Source: Candidatus Nanohaloarchaea archaeon (GTDB lineage: Archaea; Nanohalarchaeota; Nanosalinia; Nanosalinales; Nanosalinaceae). From it: a stretch of 64,000 bases of DNA. Below are positions 17,493 through 26,369 of the stretch, piece after piece (position 1 is the first letter of the stretch; each line of letters begins with the position of its first letter). Position numbers and translations under genes: made by a program. Location of the stretch: the NCBI GenBank assembly GCA_042218325.1, contig JBDGRE010000013.1, positions 1 through 64,000 of the forward strand. The letters are read 5' to 3'. The notes under the pieces are model-generated. The model ran no database searches. It was not told the origin of the DNA and worked only from the letters and a program-made list of their open reading frames with translations.

Positions 17493-18458
17493 ATGCGGGA
17501 AGACCTTCATGTAACGTCAGACCTCTCGGATATAACGCCGGGGAAGATGAAAGGTTCTCGCGTCGCGGTCGGTTTCCGGCCCTCGGGAGAACTACACGTC
17601 GGCAACCTGCTTTCCATCGCCTACGCGGCGGTTATAGCTTCCGAGCTGGACCTGGAGCTCGACCTGATGTGCTGTGATACGGACTGGAGCGCGCATATCC
17701 ACGAGCAGCATATGCCCGGAGAGAGCGATGTCATGCGTCTGTTTTTCATGCGCGATTGCCCGTGCAACAGGCATGATGACATCGCGGAGCACCGTGTTGA
17801 GGAAATCGAGCCGTTTCTCCGCGGCCTGGAGCGGGAAACCAGCGGGGATGCGACTCCCGGCTACCTGTCAGACTTGCGCGGCGATGAGGGTTACAACAGG
17901 GCTCTCAGAGAGGTCTTGGAGAACATGGAACAGTTTGACAGGGTGTTCGGCGGCGGTTTCCGCAGGCGATACGTTTCCCCGGTCGTACCTGTCTGCGACG
18001 GCTGCGGCAACAGCCACGCGAAGGGCGCCGCGTACTCCCATGAATCAAGGGAACTGGTCGCGGCGTGCCGGAACCCGGACTGCCATAGGGCGTTCATAAG
18101 AGGGAGCTTAGAGGATGAGATAGGGGTTTACTACTTGGTCGACCCGGTAAGGGATGTGTCACGCGACGTGGCTGTCCATGTTTTCGGCGGCGATTACCGG
18201 GTCGCGGAGAAAGAGCAGAAGACCTCGAAGGTCGCGAAGGTGGCGAAGTTAACAGAGCTGGCCACGGGTGAAACGCCGGCCTACTTCCTCGCCCCCATGA
18301 CATCGGACAGCGAGGGCAAGCCTCTATCGAAGTCGAAGGGAACAGGCAGGACGGTCTCGGATATCGAAAATCTCGAAGGTTACGGCCGCGAGCTCGCGGA
18401 AAAGGTCTTGGGCTGGCTGGAAGAGGAAAAGAAACACGTCCAGCAGTCAAATATCTAA
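17493..18458 (+). CDS. Class I lysyl-tRNA synthetase-like protein, catalytic domain only
   Basis: RPSGELHVGN (HIGH), PVVPVCDGCG, GGDY, PLSKSKG (KMSKS); 321 aa with no anticodon-binding domain. Confidence 0.7.
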   Translation: MREDLHVTSDLSDITPGKMKGSRVAVGFRPSGELHVGNLLSIAYAAVIASELDLELDLMCCDTDWSAHIHEQHMPGESDVMRLFFMRDCPCNRHDDIAEHRVEEIEPFLRGLERETSGDATPGYLSDLRGDEGYNRALREVLENMEQFDRVFGGGFRRRYVSPVVPVCDGCGNSHAKGAAYSHESRELVAACRNPDCHRAFIRGSLEDEIGVYYLVDPVRDVSRDVAVHVFGGDYRVAEKEQKTSKVAKVAKLTELATGETPAYFLAPMTSDSEGKPLSKSKGTGRTVSDIENLEGYGRELAEKVLGWLEEEKKHVQQSNI

Positions 18459-18766
18459 GTTAAATCGACATCGGCGTCGTCGATGTCTGCGTCTGGCCCA
18501 CGGTCCTTGATCTCTCGCTTGGCCGCGTCCTTGATGCGCTTGACGTTGTTGCTGCGCCCGCATTCCGGGCATTCGATCCACCACGGCCGTGAACCCAGCT
18601 CCTCGCTGCGTTCGAACTCGTGGCCGCAGTACGGGCATTCCATGTGGTAGTGGAAAGTCTCGTTGTCGTACGAGAACATCTTGATACGTCCGGTCTCTTC
18701 GCCTTCGTCGTTCTCCAGCTTCCTGTTCGTGACGTACTCCGCCCGCTCGTAGTCTATTTCTTTCAT
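18455..18766 (-). CDS. Zn-ribbon protein
   Basis: CPYCG...CPECG. Confidence 0.7.
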   Translation of the reverse strand: MKEIDYERAEYVTNRKLENDEGEETGRIKMFSYDNETFHYHMECPYCGHEFERSEELGSRPWWIECPECGRSNNVKRIKDAAKREIKDRGPDADIDDADVDLT

Positions 18767-18807
18767 CCTATCAACACTTCCCCCAGGTTAGTTTTAAGTT
18801 TTTCATC

Positions 18808-19287
18808 TCAGTCCATCATCTCCCGGTAGACTGTATCTACCTCATCGCTATCCAGTTCTACCTCGATCTTCTCCGTACTTTCCGAGTCGAACAGCGCTTT
18901 ATCGATCCCGAGCTCCTCACGCGGCCCGGAGAACTTCAGGTGCTTGATGTCCGGGTTGTATCTCTTCAGGTTCCGGTAGTCCCATTCCCGTGATGTATCC
19001 AGCACCCGGAGGTCGTAACCCATGACTGTCGCGAGGAACGCCCGGACCGCGTCCTCTCGCGACTCTATACGGGCGTAGGCCTGCTCCCCGACCGGTTTAC
19101 CTCCGAGTCCGTCTTTCTCCTTGCCTTCGACTGTGAAGCTCTCTATACCGGGTGTACGTAACAGGACGTCTGCATCCTCCACTTCCACCACTATCATCTC
19201 TTCTTTTACTTCGACTTCCTCGACCCGTTTCTCCAGGTTCTCGGCGAGTTGCTTTTTCTGCTTTACAGGTTTTATCTCGGCTCTCAT
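18808..19287 (-). CDS. Hypothetical protein
   Basis: Acidic ORF with host-like codon usage. Confidence 0.65.
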   Translation of the reverse strand: MRAEIKPVKQKKQLAENLEKRVEEVEVKEEMIVVEVEDADVLLRTPGIESFTVEGKEKDGLGGKPVGEQAYARIESREDAVRAFLATVMGYDLRVLDTSREWDYRNLKRYNPDIKHLKFSGPREELGIDKALFDSESTEKIEVELDSDEVDTVYREMMD

Positions 19288-19342
19288 GTTTTGTTACCTG
19301 TCCGCAAAAGCTTTTATGTGAGGCAACCGAAGCTCTATCCAG

Positions 19343-19741
19343 ATGAAACTGTTCGACAAGATATCTGACGAGGGCGAGGAGGTAGAGATAGACTCCTCGG
19401 CGGCAGTGGAGGAGGAAACCGCGGAAGTAGAGGAGAGCCGCCTGAAGAACCAGGTGGAGGACGAGATAGTCGACGGGAGCACAGGTTCCGGGAGCGCCAG
19501 CGATACTTCCTCAGGTCTGCCGGGCATGGGTTCTTCAAGTACCGGTGACTCAGGGTCGACAGGCTCCAGTTCTTCGACCACATCAGGTTCCTCGCTACCC
19601 GGTATGAGCTCTTCAGATTCGACCTCGTCGAGGACGGGCGACCGCGATATCGATATCGAAGACGTACACAGCCAGAACGAAAAGATAATATCGCTTCTTG
19701 AGGATATAAGGTCAGAGGTGAGAGATGATGGGGTACTATGA
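19343..19741 (+). CDS. Ser/Gly-rich low-complexity protein with C-terminal helix
   Basis: Acidic ORF, S/G/T tract, QNEKIISLLEDI. Confidence 0.7.
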   Translation: MKLFDKISDEGEEVEIDSSAAVEEETAEVEESRLKNQVEDEIVDGSTGSGSASDTSSGLPGMGSSSTGDSGSTGSSSSTTSGSSLPGMSSSDSTSSRTGDRDIDIEDVHSQNEKIISLLEDIRSEVRDDGVL

Positions 19742-20219
19742 CAACGTCAAGGACTCGGTGGAGGACCAGGACTCCCGCGACAGGGCCAACTTCGAGTCGC
19801 TGAGGAAAGCCGCGGAAGAAACCTCTGAAGAAGAACAGGAGGGTGACGACACTAGTATCGAGGTCCTTGAGGAAGGTATCTCCCGGGAAGCTCCGGGGAA
19901 GACGCAGAAAGAGAAAAGGAAAGAACAGGAAGGCCAGGGTGATAAAGAGCAGGCCTCCGCAGCATCGGGTTCGCAGGACCTGATGCCCTCTTCTGGTTCG
20001 ACAGGAAGTTCCGGTGGAGCCTCTTCTGGTAAAACGGCTGCCGGTAGCGGTTCCAGCCCCGGTGGATCCCTGGGCGGCACGTCGCTGGGACAGGATCCGG
20101 GCCACCAGGAGGGTTCAGGCTCGAGCGGAGAAGAACTTTCCTCGGTAGAGGAGAAGCTCGACAGGATAATCGAGCAGAACGACCGTATGATACGCATCCT
20201 CGAGAGCTTCGGTAGCTAG
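19728..20219 (+). CDS. Ser/Gly-rich low-complexity protein with C-terminal helix
   Basis: GAGGTGA RBS, overlaps the previous gene, EKLDRIIEQNDRMIRILE. Confidence 0.7.
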   Translation: MGYYDNVKDSVEDQDSRDRANFESLRKAAEETSEEEQEGDDTSIEVLEEGISREAPGKTQKEKRKEQEGQGDKEQASAASGSQDLMPSSGSTGSSGGASSGKTAAGSGSSPGGSLGGTSLGQDPGHQEGSGSSGEELSSVEEKLDRIIEQNDRMIRILESFGS

Positions 20220-20261
20220 TTCTCTACCCGTTGATACAAGGAGCTGGAAGCTTCTGTTATC

Positions 20262-20537
20262 TTAAACTACCTTGACAGGTATCTTCCTGCGTCCTTCTTC
20301 CGTGCTCTCCATCTCTTCGATGAGCTTGATGTCGAGCTCCAGCTGCTTGCGGCTGCCTGACTCGAAGAACTCCATCTCGAGCTGGTTGTCCTTGTTGGGC
20401 TCGATTTCCACCTCTTCACGGCCCTTGAAGCTGAGGCCGACTTCGCCCTCTCGAAGTTTATCGGCGAAGTTTTCCAGGAAGTTGGCGAGCTCATCATTGG
20501 AGAACTCGAAATCGAGTTCAAGTTCCTCTGTTGACAT
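20262..20537 (-). CDS. Amphi-Trp-like domain protein
   Basis: ELANFLENFADKL..GEV...LELDIKL pattern. Confidence 0.6.
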   Translation of the reverse strand: MSTEELELDFEFSNDELANFLENFADKLREGEVGLSFKGREEVEIEPNKDNQLEMEFFESGSRKQLELDIKLIEEMESTEEGRRKIPVKVV

Positions 20538-20573
20538 ATTATCTTTCTCCGGCGGTCACTGTTTTATTTTTTG

Positions 20574-20843
20574 TTACTCCTCTTCGGTTTCTCCGTTTTT
20601 CTCGAGCTTCCGGGCGAGGAAGTGGTCCTTCTCCTCGAGTTCACGTATGGATTCGACGGCGAACAGGTAACCGGTCCCTATCATCAGCAGGCCGAGGGTC
20701 GCCGGCGCCATGTCGACTATGCCGACAAGCGGCAGCATGTTGGCTATCACGAGAAGCGAGCCGAGCGTGAAAAGCGTGAAAGAGGCCGCGACTTCCTGGT
20801 TTGTGCTCAGTTTTTTAAGTCCGAACCGGTCTGTTTCCGTCAT
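20574..20843 (-). CDS. Small two-TM membrane protein
   Basis: Two hydrophobic segments; overlaps the oapC stop. Confidence 0.65.
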   Translation of the reverse strand: MTETDRFGLKKLSTNQEVAASFTLFTLGSLLVIANMLPLVGIVDMAPATLGLLMIGTGYLFAVESIRELEEKDHFLARKLEKNGETEEE

Positions 20844-21223
20844 TCTAGCTCCTCCGTTTCCAGCTTCGCGTCTTCAGGGTTGAAGGCCGACGGAAGCTGT
20901 ATGTAGTAGTTGCCCTCCTCCCGCCTTATAACTAATGGTATCTCCTTGAGCAGACGGGAAACGTTTATCTGGTAGACGCCTTCCTCCTGTATGCTTATGG
21001 AGTCCAGGTCGAACTCGAACTTGATGTTCTCTCTTTCCTCGACGCCCTCGCGGGCCATCTCCTGTATCTCCTCGGTGACCTCCTCCCGTTCTTCCTCGGA
21101 CATCTCCCGGGCCCCGGCCTCCTGCTCGTACATGAAAAGCGAGGAACCGCACTCGCAGCCGTCGATAAGCTCGTCGCTCCCGTCGTCGTACATCTTGCCG
21201 CAGTTCATACATCTATGGGGCAT
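20840..21223 (-). CDS. oapC: Zn-ribbon protein OapC (DUF2072)
   Basis: MPHRCMNCG..GCECGSSLF, GVYQINV; synteny with oapAB. Confidence 0.85.
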   Translation of the reverse strand: MPHRCMNCGKMYDDGSDELIDGCECGSSLFMYEQEAGAREMSEEEREEVTEEIQEMAREGVEERENIKFEFDLDSISIQEEGVYQINVSRLLKEIPLVIRREEGNYYIQLPSAFNPEDAKLETEELE

Positions 21224-21375
21224 TCAAAGACCACCTCCGCGGTCTTTTGCAAGAAGCAAATTTCTGATTTGCGTCATCAGGCTGCACCTCGTGCTGTCTG
21301 ATTAAGGAAATCTTGTATTCGAAGATTCGCCTGAATCTTCTGCAAGAAAATTCCTTGAATTTTCATTTTCGTTAC
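21224..21375 (-). other. Multi-hairpin structured intergenic element
   Basis: Four consecutive stem-loops within 152 nt inside an operon. Confidence 0.6.
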
Positions 21376-21765
21376 CTAGTTCTCTTCTTCCATCTTGGCC
21401 AGGAACGAGACGGTGTCCGGCTCTTCCTTGATTTTCTCCATCACGCGCGAGTTTCCCACTATCGTGAGGCCGCGCCGGTATCTCTCGTTCAGGAACCGGT
21501 CGTAGAACATGCTCTTCATCTTCTCGATGCGGGAGGCCTGTGCGTCGAAACCCATGAACTCCACGCCGGGGAAGTCCTCGTCGGCCTCCTCGACAGAGCT
21601 CTCGATAAGCTGGCGCTTTTCCTCCGGGGTCCAGGCTTCCTCCAGGACCAGGACGGCGTTCTCCTTGACCTTCTCGAGGACGAATTCCAGCTTGTCGTTG
21701 AACTCCTCCTCATCTGACAGCCTCTCCTTCGAGAGGAACTCTATAGTAACGCCGTCCTCGGACAT
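21376..21765 (-). CDS. oapB: OapB (DUF2073)
   Basis: LVLEEAWTPEE..LIE..DFPGVE..GLTIVG. Confidence 0.85.
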   Translation of the reverse strand: MSEDGVTIEFLSKERLSDEEEFNDKLEFVLEKVKENAVLVLEEAWTPEEKRQLIESSVEEADEDFPGVEFMGFDAQASRIEKMKSMFYDRFLNERYRRGLTIVGNSRVMEKIKEEPDTVSFLAKMEEEN

Positions 21766-22392
21766 CTAACTCAACCTTTCGACTATTTCCTCATAAAGTT
21801 TGTCTATATTGTCTCCCTCCTTTGCCGAGATCTCTATCACAGGGTGCTGCGGGAACGCGTCGCGTACACGCTGAGGGTCAGCCTCGTCCAGGTCGATCTT
21901 GTTCGCCACCACGAGGATGGGTATGTCCTTTGCCTCGAGGTTGCCGATGATGGTCACGTTTACCTGCGTGTACGGGTCCTCCGTCGCGTCGAATATCACA
22001 AGGCACGCGTCGACGTTGTCGAGGTACTTGATGGCCTCCACGATTCCCTTCGTGGCTTCTTTCGCGCGGCCCTTCGCCTCTTCCTCCTCCAGGCCGTGCT
22101 CGGTGAAGTCCTTGAAGTCGACGTTGGTGGAGATACCGGGCATGTCAAGCAGGTTCATCTCGATGCTCTGGCCGTCGGCCTCTATCGCGACCTTCTCCTT
22201 TTTCTCGACCGCCCGGGTCTCGTGCGGGACTTCCGATACGTTGCTCATCTCGTCACCCGTCAGGTCGAGCGATATCTGGTTCGCCAGCGTGGATTTCCCT
22301 GCGTTGGGCGGTCCGTAGATACCTATCGATATGTCGTCCTTTTCCGAGCTGCTGAAGAAGCTGTTCAGGAGTTCCCTTAGCCTCTCTATCAT
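21766..22392 (-). CDS. oapA: Era-like GTP-binding protein OapA
   Basis: IGIYGPPNAGKSTLAN, PHETR, DMPG, NKID, ISA. Confidence 0.9.
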   Translation of the reverse strand: MIERLRELLNSFFSSSEKDDISIGIYGPPNAGKSTLANQISLDLTGDEMSNVSEVPHETRAVEKKEKVAIEADGQSIEMNLLDMPGISTNVDFKDFTEHGLEEEEAKGRAKEATKGIVEAIKYLDNVDACLVIFDATEDPYTQVNVTIIGNLEAKDIPILVVANKIDLDEADPQRVRDAFPQHPVIEISAKEGDNIDKLYEEIVERLS

Positions 22393-22490
22393 TTTGACAC
22401 CGGTTAATGATAAATCCGGCTCTTAAGTATAAAAACTATGCCCCTGTCGGCCCCGCGAGAATAAAAAATACGGAGCACAAAAGCCGGGAT

Positions 22491-22922
22491 ATGAGAACTG
22501 AAAAGGGCGTGATGGTGGTCGCGTACAAGCAGAAGAACGCGCCGAGGTACCTGGTCCTGAAGCGGGAGAAGAACTGGAAGGGCTGGGAGACACCGAAAGG
22601 CCACCTCGAGGACGGCGACTACCGGGCCACGGTGAAGGAAGAGCTCTGTGAGGAGGCAGGTATCGACGAGGACGAGATACTCTCGATCGAGGACATGGAC
22701 GAGACTGTCGAATGGACCTTCGAGGACGACGGCGAGAAGGTGAAGCGGGAGTACCGCGGCTACCTCGTAGAGATTTCTCCCGATGTGCACGTCGACGTTT
22801 CCGGCAATCCTCACGACGAGCACGAGCACGGCTTCTTCTTCAGCTACAGGGATGCCCACGACATAGTTACGCATGACAATAACCGCAAGCTGCTTGAGAA
22901 AGCTCACCGGGAAGTAAGCTGA
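22491..22922 (+). CDS. NUDIX hydrolase
   Basis: WETPKGHLE....EELCEEAG. Confidence 0.85.
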   Translation: MRTEKGVMVVAYKQKNAPRYLVLKREKNWKGWETPKGHLEDGDYRATVKEELCEEAGIDEDEILSIEDMDETVEWTFEDDGEKVKREYRGYLVEISPDVHVDVSGNPHDEHEHGFFFSYRDAHDIVTHDNNRKLLEKAHREVS

Positions 22923-22954
22923 CGGATTTAAACATTGACCTGTATCATGCGAAC

Positions 22955-23206
22955 ATGACAGAACCAGACGAGATGCTGGAGCTCTACCAGTTCGAGGGCT
23001 GTCCTTTCTGCTCTAAAGTAAGGGAAAAGATGACGGAACTCGGCCTCGACTTTATCGCGCGCCAGGTCGACCCGAAAGGCGACCGCTCCCGCGTCGAGGA
23101 GGTCTCAGGCCAGACAGGCGTCCCTGTACTGGTCGACCCTAACCGCGACGTGGTTATGCCGGAGAGCGACGATATCGTGGAGTATCTCGAGGAGCACTAC
23201 GGTTGA
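22955..23206 (+). CDS. Glutaredoxin / GST N-terminal domain protein
   Basis: CPFC, VPVLVD, ESDDIVEYL. Confidence 0.9.
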   Translation: MTEPDEMLELYQFEGCPFCSKVREKMTELGLDFIARQVDPKGDRSRVEEVSGQTGVPVLVDPNRDVVMPESDDIVEYLEEHYG

Positions 23207-23536
23207 TTATTCCAGCTCTCCCTCAAGGGCCTGCCTGAGCTCCTCTTCGCTCAGTTTCTCCTCGGTGAGGTCGAGCCCGGAAGCTGAAAGTCTGGCGAAC
23301 AGGGCCGCGCTCTCGGCGTCCTCCCGGTTTTCATCCTCTACCTCTACGTATTCGACCACCGACTGGTAGAACTCGGCTGCTGCCTCGGCTTTTTTCCCGT
23401 CCCTCCCGCGCATGTTCGCCTGCCTGTAGAACGCCTCATAGGATTCGTAAACGTCGTCGAAGTTGTCCTCTCCAAACAGGCCGAAATCTGGTATATATCT
23501 CTCGAGGCTTACGGGTATCAGGTCTGTGACCGCCAT
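23207..23536 (-). CDS. Hypothetical protein
   Basis: Acidic ORF with upstream TATA-like sequence. Confidence 0.6.
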   Translation of the reverse strand: MAVTDLIPVSLERYIPDFGLFGEDNFDDVYESYEAFYRQANMRGRDGKKAEAAAEFYQSVVEYVEVEDENREDAESAALFARLSASGLDLTEEKLSEEELRQALEGELE

Positions 23537-23757
23537 GGTGACATTTAAAACAGAAACGGATTTTTATGGCTTTCGGATGACAACTTGTATTTTGGTCCCG
23601 AAGAGATAGTATGTTCATGGACCGGCCCTCAACCAGAGCTAATGCTCAACACGCCCTCTTCAGAGGCTCTTCAAGCTTTGTAGCCTTTATCAGGGTTAGT
23701 AGTATTTATAAGGCTAACCTTTTGTCTCGTCTGGAATTGAGGTGAAAATCCTACTTG

Positions 23758-24354
23758 ATGGAAATTCTTTTACTCATTTATCTGCTATTCCTGTGTATAG
23801 GTAGGGAAAGACGAAACGAACCTGAAGTAGAAGATATCAACCTTGAAGAGATACCCAGGTTCGGAATTCCTATAATCGGGATCTTTCTGGTTTATGCAGC
23901 TGTATCGGTCGGATTGAATGATTTGATGTTAAATCTGGTAATTGGTGGTGCTGGAGTTCTTCTGATAGTTATATTCGGTGTTCTATTCGGTAAAAAGTAC
24001 CAGGAAGAAGGTTTACAGGAAGCTATAGATTACGCTGTTACAGCACCTATAGAAGAGAAAGAAACGGAAAGTAAGTCTCAACCACAAGGTCAAACAACGG
24101 AGAAAACTCCCCCGGCACCTGAAAGTTTGAAAAATGAACTCTACTTTGAAAGAGCGGATAAGCAGTGTGAATGGTGCGGCAAGGACATAGATTCGCCCGA
24201 TGTTCACCACATTAAACCGCGAGAAGAAGGCGGACCTAACAAACCTTCTAATTTAATCGTTCTATGTCCGAACTGTCACAGAAAAGCTGATAGCGGAGTT
24301 ATCAGCCGTTCAAAACTAAAATACCAGGTAAGGAAAAATAGAGGCGAGGAATAG
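23758..24354 (+). CDS. Membrane-anchored HNH endonuclease
   Basis: TM helices then CEWCG..HHIKP..GGPN..SNLIVLCPNCH. Confidence 0.85.
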   Translation: MEILLLIYLLFLCIGRERRNEPEVEDINLEEIPRFGIPIIGIFLVYAAVSVGLNDLMLNLVIGGAGVLLIVIFGVLFGKKYQEEGLQEAIDYAVTAPIEEKETESKSQPQGQTTEKTPPAPESLKNELYFERADKQCEWCGKDIDSPDVHHIKPREEGGPNKPSNLIVLCPNCHRKADSGVISRSKLKYQVRKNRGEE

Positions 24355-24359
24355 ATACT

Positions 24360-24602
24360 ATGGGAGTTGTCAAACGTGATGGGAAATGGCGTCTCGAGAA
24401 GAAAAAGAAAGGTGTCTACCTAGTTACCGAGAGAGGTCAGCAAAAAGCTAAAATCATAACAGGAGACTATGAACCAGACGGACCTATGAATGATAAAAGA
24501 GATGACATGATGTCAAACGTAATAGAGGTCAAGGATTTTAACGAGGCCAAGAAAGAATTCCGTAGTTTCGTAGAAGGTGGTTCATCTCCAGGATTCTTCT
24601 GA
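24360..24602 (+). CDS. Hypothetical protein
   Basis: ORF in tandem after the HNH gene. Confidence 0.6.
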   Translation: MGVVKRDGKWRLEKKKKGVYLVTERGQQKAKIITGDYEPDGPMNDKRDDMMSNVIEVKDFNEAKKEFRSFVEGGSSPGFF

Positions 24603-24606
24603 TAAA

Positions 24607-24798
24607 ATGAGTAAAGATCCAGTTGAGACTGTTATTGAAGCAATTTCTGCCATCTTGATACTTGTAGTTGGACTAAAGATATTGTCGGGATTATTAGAGC
24701 AGGCTTCTATCTCTTCAGGTCTAAAATTGCTGATTCTAGGAGCACTCATTGTAGCAATTATTTCTGTTATCGCCGAGGCGATAGGTGAGGTGTCATAA
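24607..24798 (+). CDS. Small two-TM protein
   Basis: MSKDPVE.. with two hydrophobic helices. Confidence 0.55.
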   Translation: MSKDPVETVIEAISAILILVVGLKILSGLLEQASISSGLKLLILGALIVAIISVIAEAIGEVS

Positions 24799-24992
24799 TG
24801 GTTAGAGATATTTCTACCAAGACGCTTGCAGTCAGTCTTTTAGTGGCTGTAGTGGGAGGTCTCGTGGTTTCTATTGTAAGTGAGGTCGAATTAATTTTGA
24901 GAGCTGTTATTTTGGATTTGATTATTACTATTGCCTTGGCGGTTTACATCTTGTCAGAACCTTGGAACGATGATGAAGAATCGGAGACATAA
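24798..24992 (+). CDS. Small two-TM protein
   Basis: GAGGTG RBS, TAATG coupling, two hydrophobic helices. Confidence 0.6.
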   Translation: MVRDISTKTLAVSLLVAVVGGLVVSIVSEVELILRAVILDLIITIALAVYILSEPWNDDEESET

Positions 24993-25041
24993 TATCAGCT
25001 TTCAAAATTATTCCTTATGGGAATAATTTTGGTTCCGGGTT

Positions 25042-25470
25042 TCAGGATTTATCCAGTTCTTTCTCCACTTTCTCCTCCAGCCGGTCTATGATTTCTTCTA
25101 TTGTTTCTTCGTTCCTGTCGAGATAGTCTTGGTCTAGGAATTCTCGCCTGTAGTCGATGTCGTTTCTTAAACGCCGGAGCTGGTCCATCAGTTCGAGTTC
25201 GGACTGTGAGAAGTCATGGAACTCTTCCATGAAGCTTATCAGGCATTCTTGCGAGTAGGATTTGTAGCCTTTTAGGTTGACGAGTGCGGTTACGAGCTTT
25301 TTGATGACCTCCCAGTATGATTCGACTATGAGCGAGATGTTTTCCTCGTTGCGTTCCCGTCGATTGTTGTCCTCCAGTCTTATTCCTGCCATCTTAAGAA
25401 GTGACTCAGCTTCTTCGGGGTTAGGAGATCTTTCGTGGACTTTCTCTTATAGGCATTCTTCCCAGTTCAT
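25042..25470 (-). pseudogene. HEPN-like toxin with a 1-nt frameshift near the N-terminus
   Basis: ATG at 25470 overlaps the MNT stop; MNWEECL then TAA, and removing one base gives KRKVHERSPNPEEAESLLKMAG..; RNDIDY motif. Confidence 0.65.
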
Positions 25471-25994
25471 CTTTTCACCTTCAGGAAGCCTTTCAAGGTT
25501 ATTCCGTTCGCGGCACTGTTCGCGAATTCTGTGTTCGCGGCAAGTTCGTCCTCGGTCATGAACTGCAGGTTAATTTCTCTGTTGAAAGCTCCTTCGTATT
25601 CCGTGGTGTCGAACTCTTTCTCTCCTGCTACAATCAGGATGTCGATATCGCTTTCCTCTGTGTCTTCTCCGTTGGCTGCGGAGCCAAATAGCACTATACT
25701 GTTGGGATGGAATTTTTTCTCAATTTCTTCTACCAGGCCGGTTTCGTGGAGTTTTCTGACCTTTTCCAGTTTCTTGTATAATTTGAACCTCTCGCTCTTA
25801 CTGGCCTTGTAGCCGGGATAAGTTCCCTCTTCAACTTTCTCAAGGAAATCTTCCTCGGCCAGTTCGTTTACGTAATCTCTTACGGTGGGGAGAGATATTT
25901 CTGTTTCTCTGGATATTTCTCTCAACTGATGCTTGGTGGTAGGCTCCTTGAAGAAGGGCTGGAGAACCCTGTGTTTTGTGAAATCATCAAACAT
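25467..25994 (-). CDS. HTH plus minimal nucleotidyltransferase (MNT) antitoxin
   Basis: N-terminal wHTH; LFGSAANGEDTEESDIDILIV. Confidence 0.9.
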   Translation of the reverse strand: MFDDFTKHRVLQPFFKEPTTKHQLREISRETEISLPTVRDYVNELAEEDFLEKVEEGTYPGYKASKSERFKLYKKLEKVRKLHETGLVEEIEKKFHPNSIVLFGSAANGEDTEESDIDILIVAGEKEFDTTEYEGAFNREINLQFMTEDELAANTEFANSAANGITLKGFLKVKR

Positions 25995-26051
25995 GTTAGA
26001 AAAATATAACACATGTTATAAAAATCTATCGGCTGTTAGTTTTTGCTAACA
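25991..26051. promoter_or_regulatory. Palindromic operators upstream of MNT-HEPN
   Basis: TGTTAGAAAAATATAACA (25994-26011) and TGTTAGTTTTTGCTAACA (26034-26051), plus a degenerate middle copy. Confidence 0.6.
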
Positions 26052-26066
26052 CTATGTGTTCGTTTG

Positions 26067-26222
26067 TCAGCTCTCTACTCTTTCCTTGAACTCTTCGGCG
26101 TCGATATCGCTCCAGGAACCGGCGGCTTCATTAAAACGCTTCTTATCTCTAGATATCCTTCTCTTCACAGCTTCTAATTCTCTCTCAATATTCGTTATCT
26201 TAGGGATTACGTCCGAAGCCAT
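26067..26222 (-). CDS. Small VapB-like antitoxin (51 aa, not in ORF track)
   Basis: MASDVIPK...EAAGSWSDIDAEEFKERVES. Confidence 0.5.
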   Translation of the reverse strand: MASDVIPKITNIERELEAVKRRISRDKKRFNEAAGSWSDIDAEEFKERVES

Positions 26223-26369
26223 AGTTCAGATTTGCTGACACAAAGACTTATAGCTATGGGTAACGCAACGGGACTGGTTCGTTAAGGGGTCGGGTTCCAG
26301 CTGCTAACAGGCGGTCTTTTGGCCGGGAGCTGCCGGAGAACGGATAGTGTGTTGAACATGTAGTGGGAG

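Noticed and set aside
17255-17494. ORFs overlapping tRNA genes (also 26282-26485 and 26912-27271)
   Set aside because: Shadow ORFs across tRNA sequences.
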